Shown: one piece after another, positions 55,756 to 64,000 of the stretch
Layout of the letters: every line of letters begins with the position of its first letter
Position numbering within the stretch: position 1 is the first letter of the stretch
Origin: an uncultured virus (IMG/VR IMGVR_UViG_3300009157_000004)
Lineage: Duplodnaviria > Heunggongvirae > Uroviricota > Caudoviricetes
DNA length: 64,000 nt
Strand: one strand, 5' to 3'
Virus record (IMG/VR): IMGVR_UViG_3300009157_000004
The notes under the pieces: generated by a model
The model's database searches: none
Seen by the model: the letters and a program-made list of their open reading frames with translations, nothing else
Told to the model about the DNA's origin: nothing
Made by a program: the position numbers and the translations under genes

Positions 55756-55970
55756 TGTACTCTTGTAGTATACGAGAATTAGCCCGGATACAGTTAGCGG
55801 CGGGTATGGAATGACAAAGTGACACGTGTGACACGGAGACAAAGCAACAATAATACATATACTGTATCTGTCATTCTGTCACACAATACTCTTGTACGAC
55901 ATGTCATTCTGTCGGTTTGTACCCAAAACTCACTGTATCCGGGTCAAATCTCGTATACTACAAAGATACA
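55756..55970. repeat. long imperfect inverted repeat (39-bp arms, ~215 bp span)
   Basis: TGTACTCTTGTAGTATACGAGAATTAGCCCGGATACAGT versus ACTGTATCCGGGTCAAATCTCGTATACTACAAAGATACA. Confidence 0.85.
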
Positions 55971-56035
55971 GAATATGGAGGGCCGGATTTAACCATCCTT
56001 GCATTTTGCAAGGTTTTAGATGGGGAGCTTAATTA

Positions 56036-56431
56036 ATGGCAGAAGCAGGAAGCAAGATCGGATTCCAGATGTTCAAAGACCTATTCGGCAAATACGTCAA
56101 CACTCTGCCGGCGAAGAATCGGGCAGCGATTATGGAAGAGGCGAAAGAGGCCGATGTGATGTCGCCTCTCCTCACGATGGAGAATGTTACCAAGCACTCT
56201 ATCTCGATAATCCTGACGGAGAATGATGATCGTGCGATCCTGGTCCAGAAGCGTATAGACCCAGCAGACAATTCGAGTGTGTACGTGATCGATATCGTGT
56301 GTAGATCGGACCGGACCAAGCTCCAGACGACTGAGGAGATCCGGACGATGCTGATTCTGAGCCCCAGATCGAATGAGTATGAGGAGATAGGACCTGAAGA
56401 AATATATAGAAAGGTAATAGAGGAGGATTAA
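56036..56431 (+). CDS. hypothetical protein
   Basis: 131 aa, GGGGAG RBS. Confidence 0.65.
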   Translation: MAEAGSKIGFQMFKDLFGKYVNTLPAKNRAAIMEEAKEADVMSPLLTMENVTKHSISIILTENDDRAILVQKRIDPADNSSVYVIDIVCRSDRTKLQTTEEIRTMLILSPRSNEYEEIGPEEIYRKVIEED

Positions 56432-56702
56432 GATGGCGGTTATCAACATACCTGCACTGAAGATTATTTATCCAGATCTTGTGAAGGCCTGGGAGAAGTA
56501 CCGGAAGAGAAGTCAGCGTATATGGGCAAAGTACCCGGCAAAGAATGAGGCGACTAAAAATGAATGTACCCCCTCGAAGTAGGCGAGGAGTACCTTGTCA
56601 GACAGACCTAGATTGGGGTATTCGCCGATATACCCGATCTGAGGAGCCGGCCCTTGTATACTGAGATCTGCCTGAAAGATCATTTTAAAAAGGTAACAAA
56701 TA

Positions 56703-57362
56703 ATGAGAACAATAACGAAAGCTGATATCCAATACGCCGAGGGCATCGCATACCGGACGTGCCCGATTAAGGATTTCGACCACCCTTTGTGGAAAGAGTG
56801 CCTCTCTGCGGCGCGTTATGGCCTCGTTGATGCCGCAAGGAAGTATGACCCGGATCATGCCAAACAGAACTGGAAGGCGTTTATGGCCATACGAGTCCGA
56901 GGGGAAGTCCGTGAGATTATTCGCAAAGAGAGGGTCCAGTGCAGTGTAGGGCTGACTCACCGGAGCCGGAATAACCAGGATCATATAAAGATCTCAGAGT
57001 ATGACACAATCTGGGATATCGCGTCAGATTCACACCAATCTATGAATAAGGAGGCGGTGTATGATAATCAGGAGATTGGGGACGTTATGGATCTTATTGG
57101 TAAGAAGTTTCCTCTCCGTGTGGCATCGGAGTCAGAATCGCCAGAAGATATATTATTGGCAAAAGAGATAACCAAGTTGATTTATGAGGCGATGGACTTC
57201 CAGCTGCCGGCAAAAGAGAGTTATGTACTGGATCTGTTCTATTTCCAGGATATGACGATACCCGAGATAAGGAAGTATAGCAGAGTATCAGAAGATGAGA
57301 TTCAGGCACTTATCGAATCGGGGCTCAAACATCTAAGAGAATTGTTGAAAGAGCTCGAATGA
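56703..57362 (+). CDS. sigma70-family RNA polymerase sigma factor (FliA/SigF-like)
   Basis: GLVDAARKYDP...FMAIRVRGEV (region 2); LPAKESYVLDLFYFQDMTIPEI (region 4). Confidence 0.8.
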   Translation: MRTITKADIQYAEGIAYRTCPIKDFDHPLWKECLSAARYGLVDAARKYDPDHAKQNWKAFMAIRVRGEVREIIRKERVQCSVGLTHRSRNNQDHIKISEYDTIWDIASDSHQSMNKEAVYDNQEIGDVMDLIGKKFPLRVASESESPEDILLAKEITKLIYEAMDFQLPAKESYVLDLFYFQDMTIPEIRKYSRVSEDEIQALIESGLKHLRELLKELE

Positions 57363-58936
57363 GTCTAATTGAACCAAAGAACATAGATACGAATAAGTTC
57401 TGGATACCTCAGGTAGGTCCGCAGTTAGAGGCAACGCTATGCCCTGCTGATGAACTGTTGTTTGCCGGCACGAGAGGGGGAGGAAAGACACATCTCGCGG
57501 TAGGTAAACAGATCATAGGTGCGCTTAAATATGGCTATGCGTGGAACGGGGCTATCTTCAGGAGGAAGTATAAAGATCACGCTGTAATGCGCAGATCCTT
57601 TGATGAGATAATACGCACTACACGCCTACCTGCTAAACGTGTTGGCGGTGATGAGCAGCTTACAGTATATCATTTCTCTAACGGGGCCACCGTATCCTTG
57701 CACGCGATTCCAGAGGTCAAGGCCCTGGAGGATTTCCAAGGCCAGCAGTTTCAGCTTATCGTGCTCGATGAGGCACCTTTATTGCCGTATATAGGCATTG
57801 CGATAGACTTATTGAAAGGGTGTCTGAGATCTCCACACGGCGTCCCCTGCCAGATGCTGCTTACCGGCAACCCAGGCGGACCCGGTGCCGGGACAATCAA
57901 AGCGATGTATATCCCCAAATCTGCTGGAGGCATGAGCCCGGTAGAGGAGGGCCAAGTTAACTATATAAGGGAGACACTGCCAGATGGAAGAGCGTTTACT
58001 AGAACCCGAGTATTCATTCGATCTCGATTGCAGGATAACAAGTATCTCTGGGAAAATAACCCGGGATACGTTTCCAGCCTTATGTCAATTAATGACCCAG
58101 CTCTTAGAGCAGCCTGGCTCGATGGACGATGGGATGTCTTTGTCGGTCAGGCCTTCAACTTCAATGAGCGCCACATAGTCAAACCGATCTGGCCTATTCC
58201 CCAGGAAGTCCCTCTATATATGACCTACGACTGGGGACATGGCGCGCCCTTCTCTGTAATCTGGTGGTGGGTAGACGCAGATGACAGAGTTTATGGATTT
58301 GCCGAATGGTATGGCTGCGACCCCAGCAATCCGTCAAAGGGGATCAGATTGACCGATAAACAGCAGGCAGAAGGGATTGTTCAGCGCGAAAAGCAGATGG
58401 GCATCGCCGGACGCCCGATTACGCGATTATGCGACCCGACGTGTTTTAATAAGAAACCGGATTATATGGGCGGAGGTCAGGGGCCATCTACCGCTGAAGA
58501 GTTCGAAAATTATGGCAACTCAGTAGGTTACAACCTGACACTCTACCCAGGAGATCCGAATAAAAAGTTAAAGATCAGGCAGTTCCGCAACCGGCTCGAG
58601 GTGCCCTCATCAGATGAGACAATGCCGGCTCTTGTGGTCTATAACACGCTTGAGCATTTTATCCGGATAATCCCCAATCTGTGCGTAGACGAGTTGACGC
58701 AGGAAGGGCTGGCGGAAGGCCAGGAGCTGCATCCCTATGATAGCGCTTGTCATATCTGTATGGCGAGGCCTCACGGTGCAGATTACGTTGCGCTTCAGGA
58801 AGAGGCGCAGAAGCAGGCTCGGGTCGAAGTGGTGCAGAATTTGGATAACGTGTCGCAGATGGCTAGTCATGCGATTGATCAATTAAAAGAGAAGCTTACT
58901 AATCAACAGAATTATGATAATATTTTCTATGATTAA
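57359..58936 (+). CDS. terL: terminase large subunit
   Basis: PQVGPQ...GTRGGGKT, LDEA, TGNPGG, YDWGHGAPF, HPYD. Confidence 0.93.
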   Translation: MSLIEPKNIDTNKFWIPQVGPQLEATLCPADELLFAGTRGGGKTHLAVGKQIIGALKYGYAWNGAIFRRKYKDHAVMRRSFDEIIRTTRLPAKRVGGDEQLTVYHFSNGATVSLHAIPEVKALEDFQGQQFQLIVLDEAPLLPYIGIAIDLLKGCLRSPHGVPCQMLLTGNPGGPGAGTIKAMYIPKSAGGMSPVEEGQVNYIRETLPDGRAFTRTRVFIRSRLQDNKYLWENNPGYVSSLMSINDPALRAAWLDGRWDVFVGQAFNFNERHIVKPIWPIPQEVPLYMTYDWGHGAPFSVIWWWVDADDRVYGFAEWYGCDPSNPSKGIRLTDKQQAEGIVQREKQMGIAGRPITRLCDPTCFNKKPDYMGGGQGPSTAEEFENYGNSVGYNLTLYPGDPNKKLKIRQFRNRLEVPSSDETMPALVVYNTLEHFIRIIPNLCVDELTQEGLAEGQELHPYDSACHICMARPHGADYVALQEEAQKQARVEVVQNLDNVSQMASHAIDQLKEKLTNQQNYDNIFYD

Positions 58937-58945
58937 GGGGGATGA

Positions 58946-59152
58946 GTGCCAGGATTTTATATAAAAGCAGTGCCTTTCTCCCCAAGCTGGGATTATGACC
59001 GAAGTGCTTCCTGCTATGTTTGCGATACTTCTGTAAGTTTTCAGTATCTCCCGTATACGATTACGCAAGAAGGAGAGCACAGATGGATCTGGCACTGTAA
59101 GAACCCTGAATGCGAGAAAGCAATAAGAGAGAAGTTTTTTCATAAACCTTAG
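58946..59152 (+). CDS. small zinc-binding protein
   Basis: CYVC...CKNPEC. Confidence 0.5.
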   Translation: MPGFYIKAVPFSPSWDYDRSASCYVCDTSVSFQYLPYTITQEGEHRWIWHCKNPECEKAIREKFFHKP

Positions 59153-59155
59153 ACC

Positions 59156-59374
59156 GTGGAGGACAAGACAATGTTAGATTTAGAGAATATCTACAAGTAT
59201 CACGCACCGAAGAACGACCAGCAAGAACGCTATGTCGCTTTGAGAGATAAAGCGAAAGAATTGGCCAGATTGATCGAAGCTAACTGCCCAGAAAGTAGGG
59301 AGCGTTCAATCGCGTTCACAGAAATAGAATCTGCGGTGATGTGGGCAAATGCGTCTATAGCCCGCAACGAATAA
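59156..59374 (+). CDS. Acb2/Tad1-like anti-defence nucleotide sponge candidate
   Basis: YKYHAPK..Q.ERY..LR..AKELA..I...CPESRERSIAFTEIESAVMWANASIAR pattern matches my recollection of this helical family. Confidence 0.6.
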   Translation: MEDKTMLDLENIYKYHAPKNDQQERYVALRDKAKELARLIEANCPESRERSIAFTEIESAVMWANASIARNE

Positions 59375-59388
59375 CCTTTTAATCTAAG

Positions 59389-59685
59389 TTGGAGGACAAC
59401 ATGGATATGACACTTGGAGTATGTCTTTTTATCATCTGCGCTCTTTTGGCCTTAGTCGTTATTTTGGCTACTGGCATGAAGAAGAGCTCGGATAAACTTA
59501 TTAACGACTTAACAAACAAGCTGATCGCGAAGGATCTCACAGAATACGCAATGTCTAAATCTGCGCTGGATTCCACGCCCAAAGATGAACTTAAGAAGAT
59601 CGGGGCCGAGAATAAGCTCGCAGTCAAGGCGGCGCAGATTGAGCAGCAGATGGTCGAGAGGCAGCTTACGGGGGTGCAGGTATGA
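59389..59685 (+). CDS. single-TM hypothetical protein
   Basis: hydrophobic N-terminus; GGAGG RBS favours ATG 59401. Confidence 0.6.
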   Translation: MEDNMDMTLGVCLFIICALLALVVILATGMKKSSDKLINDLTNKLIAKDLTEYAMSKSALDSTPKDELKKIGAENKLAVKAAQIEQQMVERQLTGVQV

Positions 59686-59936
59686 CAGGAGAGATCAATA
59701 CCCCTAAAGAAACCCCCCCTAATGCGCCGTCTCGCCAGGAGCCCCTCAATATCAGTTTTATTGTCTTACCTGATGGCCGGCTCTCCTGTTCAACCAACAT
59801 GGACTATCTGACTTTCTGTTCAGTTATGCTCGACGGATGGCGTACTATAATGAACGGGATGCTCCAGCAGGCAGCCAAGCCGCCCTCGATAATCATACCT
59901 CAAATGGACGTGTCCAAGATAAAACTGGCACATTAA
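59682..59936 (+). CDS. hypothetical protein
   Basis: 84 aa, overlaps previous stop. Confidence 0.55.
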   Translation: MTGEINTPKETPPNAPSRQEPLNISFIVLPDGRLSCSTNMDYLTFCSVMLDGWRTIMNGMLQQAAKPPSIIIPQMDVSKIKLAH

Positions 59937-59950
59937 GGAGAATTTACCAC

Positions 59951-62032
59951 ATGGCTAAAAAGTTATCCTCCAAGCTCTCCCAGGCCGAATGGGAGCAGAG
60001 ATTCGTCTCGGCATTTAAGCCGATGTCAGATATGGTCAGGCCTACGCAGGAGCTCGACTGGTTTCGCAATATTCTCTATTACTTAGGCCAGCAATGGATC
60101 GAATGGTTCACGTCTGAGTCCAAGTTTGGCCGGAAGTACGCGGCAGATGTGAATGTGCCGACACCTGTATCGAATCTTATCCGCGAATATGTCCGATCCA
60201 AGAAAGCACTCGTACTCAATAAAGCGTATTCGATGACAGTATGGCCGAATAGTGCAGAACAGTTCGACAAGGATGCCGCCGAGGTGGGCCAGAATATACT
60301 TGATCACCTGAGGACTGCTGACGACGAAGAGGATCTCGAGCTTCAGGAAGAGACGGCTATGTGGTGGCTGATTTGCGGCAATGCGTTCCCGCGCGTGTTC
60401 CCGGATATGGAGAGAGGCGGATACATCCCCTTTGCTGAAGGTGTCGTAGGCCGTGGCGAAGTTGGCATGGACATCGTACTGCCGTTTAATATCAAGGTGC
60501 CGACTATTGGGACCAGATTAAAGCGTAAGCCCTGGGTAGGAATCCATACGCTCGTGCTCAAAGAATGGCTGGAGGATACGTACAAGGTTAAAGTCGAAGG
60601 GTCTGCGTCTGGGGAGCTGGACTATCAGAAAGAGTTACTTACGCTTGTTGGCAACGTGTCGAGCTGGAACAGTTCCGGGGATGCGCTGGCGATGGACATC
60701 GAGAACAAGGATCTGGTGATTGTTAAAGAACTCGAATACCGTCCCACAGCCACTTATCCCAAAGGCCAGTATGCTATCATGGCCGGAAATGACGTTATCT
60801 ATACACGTGATGATATGCTCATTCCGACTGATGCAGATTCGGGATTCTGGAGCTATTCAGTAACCCATGTGAAATATGATCTAGTCCCTGGTAGTTTCTG
60901 GGCCACTGGTGCCGTGGATGATCTCCTCTCGCCCCAGCGGACGATTAACGAGATTGATCAGGCACTTGAGATCAACCGCAAGTCATTTGGCCGCCCCTTC
61001 TTGTTAACCCCGGCAGAACTCACACTTAAGCGTGTCTCGGCCCGGGGCCAGGGTATCCTCGCTGTTACTTATGACGCAATGAAGGCCCGTAATCTCCAGC
61101 CGACAATTCATCAAGGCGTACCCTATCCTGCCCAGATTATTGAAGAAAGATCGATTAAGATGGAAGCAGCTCAGAATGCAGGCGGAGATCCGAAGAATGT
61201 AATGAAGGGGTCGCAGCCGTCAGCCAATGCCTCTGGGACCTTATTCGACATTATGCGTGAAGCCGCAGAGCAGAGCCATGCCCCGGATATTAAACGATTC
61301 TACCGCGCCTGGAAGCAAGTCGAGAGAAAGAAACTCATCCTTGCGCAGACACTATTCAGCGAAGAGCGGATGATCAAGTATAAGGGCAAGGGGAACGAGG
61401 CACTGGTTAAACGGTATAAAGGTTCGGATATACACAACAATTTCGATGTGCGTATGGACTTGGATAGTGGCATCGCCTCGACGCAGGCCGGCACCAAGGA
61501 TATGATGATGCAGTTATTGCAGTATAAGCTCTGGGACCCTAGCATACCCGCCGTAACACGCAGAGAGGTGCTTAAACGCGTAGGGCTGGGAGGGTTCCCT
61601 GAAGAGAGCAATGTGCATCGGGATAGAGCCGAATGGGAGAATAGCATGATATCAACCGGTCAGATGGACATCATTGCTACCCCTGGGATACCCGATAAGG
61701 TGGCAACCGATCCCCAGACGGGCCAGGAAGATATCGCGAGTTATAAGATTGAACCGGTTGTTGACCCTGTGTTTAAGTTCGATAACCATCAGATTCATCT
61801 GGTCACGCACGCGATATTCATATTTAGTAGAGAGTTCAAGGGATTAACTAAGGCGGTACAGTTACTCGCCCTGGGCCATTACGAAATGCACAAGGTTACA
61901 ATGGAACAGGAGATGGCACAGCAGGCTGCCCAGGGTGCAGCACTCGAAGCTGCGGCGAAAGGGAAGACAGCTGAACAACCTGGAGCTGTGCCTGAAGCTG
62001 GTGGAGAGACAGATACCTACCAAGGAGCGTAA
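59951..62032 (+). CDS. portal protein
   Basis: ~690 aa between terL and scaffold; YYLGQQW, SNLIR, LLSPQRTIN, ASG motifs of podoviral portals; AAGGAG RBS favours MAKKLSS. Confidence 0.85.
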   Translation: MAKKLSSKLSQAEWEQRFVSAFKPMSDMVRPTQELDWFRNILYYLGQQWIEWFTSESKFGRKYAADVNVPTPVSNLIREYVRSKKALVLNKAYSMTVWPNSAEQFDKDAAEVGQNILDHLRTADDEEDLELQEETAMWWLICGNAFPRVFPDMERGGYIPFAEGVVGRGEVGMDIVLPFNIKVPTIGTRLKRKPWVGIHTLVLKEWLEDTYKVKVEGSASGELDYQKELLTLVGNVSSWNSSGDALAMDIENKDLVIVKELEYRPTATYPKGQYAIMAGNDVIYTRDDMLIPTDADSGFWSYSVTHVKYDLVPGSFWATGAVDDLLSPQRTINEIDQALEINRKSFGRPFLLTPAELTLKRVSARGQGILAVTYDAMKARNLQPTIHQGVPYPAQIIEERSIKMEAAQNAGGDPKNVMKGSQPSANASGTLFDIMREAAEQSHAPDIKRFYRAWKQVERKKLILAQTLFSEERMIKYKGKGNEALVKRYKGSDIHNNFDVRMDLDSGIASTQAGTKDMMMQLLQYKLWDPSIPAVTRREVLKRVGLGGFPEESNVHRDRAEWENSMISTGQMDIIATPGIPDKVATDPQTGQEDIASYKIEPVVDPVFKFDNHQIHLVTHAIFIFSREFKGLTKAVQLLALGHYEMHKVTMEQEMAQQAAQGAALEAAAKGKTAEQPGAVPEAGGETDTYQGA

Positions 62033-62085
62033 CATTTTAGAACCAAATATGTATACAAGTTTGTGGCAAAAACAGGGGTAATATT

Positions 62086-62250
62086 ATGCCTGATACATAC
62101 CAAGCCTACGTTGCAAAATGCAATGCAGAGAAGACCAAACCACTCGCTGAGAAAGAGTGGAAGAAGAAGAACACTTTAAGCATCCGGTCTGCGGTTGGTG
62201 CGATTAAAACCCGACAGCAGCAGATGAAGGAAGTAATGGGGGGTAATTGA
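62086..62250 (+). CDS. small basic protein (54 aa)
   Basis: AGGGG RBS, MPDTYQAYVAK...EVMGGN*. Confidence 0.55.
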   Translation: MPDTYQAYVAKCNAEKTKPLAEKEWKKKNTLSIRSAVGAIKTRQQQMKEVMGGN

Positions 62251-62353
62251 GAATGATTCTCAATAGCAATAATCACTGAACCGCTTCCGAATAGAATTTT
62301 AGAACCACTTTTATCTAATAGTGTCGAGCACCTATTAGCTTAATAAGGAGAAA

Positions 62354-63328
62354 ATGATGGGTATAAGAGAAGGCCTCAAAGAGGCAAACGCGGAATTTAC
62401 AGCCGCACTGACACAGGAACTTAACGCGGGGCAAGACGACGGAAACGCCGCCAAACCAGCCTCCCCAGCTGGAGAAGATAAATCTGGGCAAGCCGCAGCG
62501 GCAGCCTCCCAGACTGCCGACAAAGATGCTGGCAACAAAAATGCTGGCGCAGACGGTGCGACTAAGGATGAGGAGACACTCCCATTCGACAAGCATCCAA
62601 AGTGGATCTCAGCACGTCAAGCTGAGAAAAAGATGCAGGAGACCCTGGAGAAATTCGGGCTCGAGTCGATTGACGAATTGACTGAGCGCATGGAAGCCGG
62701 GGAATCGCTCAAGGGTATCCTCGGGGGCAAAGACCCCAAGAAGCTTATCGAGGATGCTGACTACCTGGCGAAGGTCAAAGAGTACTGGGCGCAACAAGAC
62801 GCGCTCAATAAAGAGAAAGAGGAGACTCTCGAAGAGACCGTTACGCGTCTCAAGAAAGAAAAGGAAGATATCCTCAAAGGTAAACAGGCCGAGGAAGACG
62901 GTAAGAAAGAAAAGGAAAGTGCCGAGAAAGCAGTGCAGGACTATACGAGCTTTGTGAATAAGGCATTAACCGCTTCCGGAATCACTGGTAAAATGGCCGA
63001 GCTTACCAAACTGGCATTGACCCTGGACAATCCGCTTGTAGATGTGACTGATATTACGGACAAGAAAGCGGTAAAGGACGCGACGGATAAGGTTCTTACA
63101 CAGGTCAAAACGCTCTATGATGCGATCAAGCAGGAAGTGATTGCAGAATATGCCAAGACTAAAGGGGATGTCCCCAAAGTGCCTGGCGCAACCGGAGCAG
63201 CGACCAATACTACAGTGGTTGATACAGTAGATGAGTCTAAACTTACTCTGGCGCAGCGCAGGAAACGTGCTGACGATGAGGTTTTAAAAATCATGCTCTC
63301 GGCAAAGGGTGCCATAGATAATAGTTGA
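62354..63328 (+). CDS. capsid scaffolding protein
   Basis: 324 aa, charged coiled coil, LPFDKHPKW, between portal and capsid. Confidence 0.75.
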   Translation: MMGIREGLKEANAEFTAALTQELNAGQDDGNAAKPASPAGEDKSGQAAAAASQTADKDAGNKNAGADGATKDEETLPFDKHPKWISARQAEKKMQETLEKFGLESIDELTERMEAGESLKGILGGKDPKKLIEDADYLAKVKEYWAQQDALNKEKEETLEETVTRLKKEKEDILKGKQAEEDGKKEKESAEKAVQDYTSFVNKALTASGITGKMAELTKLALTLDNPLVDVTDITDKKAVKDATDKVLTQVKTLYDAIKQEVIAEYAKTKGDVPKVPGATGAATNTTVVDTVDESKLTLAQRRKRADDEVLKIMLSAKGAIDNS

Positions 63329-63394
63329 CGAGTTAACTAATTGTCGAATCGCATTTTCTGCTTGGGGGCCAACTAATATGAAAGGACTATTAAA

Positions 63395-64000
63395 ATGGCT
63401 GATGACGGCTTGACCCACAACACTACCGCTATAGCATTCCAGCTCAAAAGGGTTTATGGAAAACTCCTGACCGCTCTGGCTGCAAAGCAGAAAATGACCT
63501 ATAACCTGTTCGAGGAATCGAACCGTAAGGCGGCAATTCAGCCGCGCGGTGCCGGATACTATTTCGGCGTCCGGACTAAATCCAACCAGGCAATCGGTGC
63601 CCGTGGTGAGGATGAGTATTTGCCTGATGCCCTCCAGCCGGCTGGGACCCAGGGAGTAATTCTGCCCAAGTATGTATACGGTACCCTGAGACTCTCCGGC
63701 CCGGCTCTTTATGCTGCAAAGGGTAACGAGGCTGCATTCGTCGAACAGCAGGGCGATGCGGTTATGGACACCTACGAGTCCCTGGTCGAAGATCTTAACC
63801 GGCAGTGCCACGGCGACGGGCACGGCAAGTTGGCAGTGATGTCTACTTCCGCGACCTCTAGCACCTCGGCGACCTGGACAGTAACCTGCAACAACGACCT
63901 GGGAGTAAGGTATCTGAAACCCGGCATGGTTGTAGATTTCTACGGCTCCAGCGGCGCGACACCCGATTCCACCTGTTCGTCTTCAAGGATCTCGAGCATT
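63395..64000 (+). CDS. major capsid protein (5' part, runs off window)
   Basis: hand translated MADDGLTH...LKRVYG...GARGEDEYLP...KYVYGTLRLSGPA...DLNRQCHGDGHGKL; not in ORF track because it has no stop. Confidence 0.85.
   Translation, partial: MADDGLTHNTTAIAFQLKRVYGKLLTALAAKQKMTYNLFEESNRKAAIQPRGAGYYFGVRTKSNQAIGARGEDEYLPDALQPAGTQGVILPKYVYGTLRLSGPALYAAKGNEAAFVEQQGDAVMDTYESLVEDLNRQCHGDGHGKLAVMSTSATSSTSATWTVTCNNDLGVRYLKPGMVVDFYGSSGATPDSTCSSSRISSI

Noticed and set aside
55650..55970. Possible CRISPR array
   Set aside because: Repeats are 4-7 bp without unique 30-40 bp spacers; no cas genes seen.
59837..59950. N-terminal extension of the portal ORF
   Set aside because: Overlaps 59682..59936; AAGGAG RBS supports ATG 59951.
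1..64000. Stop-codon reassignment or integrated prophage boundaries
   Set aside because: Genes are full length and densely packed in the standard code; no integrase, att pair or host genes recognised.

Overview
This window is most of a tailed dsDNA bacteriophage genome with podovirus-like gene order and no recognisable integrase. It starts just after the capsid region and ends inside the major capsid gene. Order on the + strand: head-tail/tail proteins, ejection proteins including a 2352-aa modular polyvalent protein, three signal-peptide proteins, a tail fibre, a lysis cassette, then nucleotide/replication/recombination genes (intein-containing metallophosphoesterase, DinG-like helicase, NADAR, SMC-like ATPase, PD-(D/E)XK nuclease, Sak4-like ATPase, glycosyltransferase, ERCC4 nuclease). 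A minus-strand block (45.4-54.1 kb) holds small probable early genes and a UDG-fused family A DNA polymerase, behind a sigma54-type promoter with an adjacent IHF-like site. TerS, a sigma factor, TerL, portal, scaffold and capsid follow on the + strand. Most unusual signals: (1) a ppGalNAc-transferase-like glycosyltransferase directly behind a tail protein with a mucin-like Ser/Pro linker; (2) two near-identical promoters that each precede a small RNA with an anti-Shine-Dalgarno tract, one heading a cluster of structured RNAs ending in an aberrant tRNA-like element; (3) one domain family present both as a stand-alone first early gene and as a module of the injected giant protein, whose modules are delimited by a repeated (E)S(F/Y)Q linker; (4) a ~215-bp hairpin with GACA iterons between terS and terL. 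All functional calls come from motif recognition by eye; no searches or folding programs were run.
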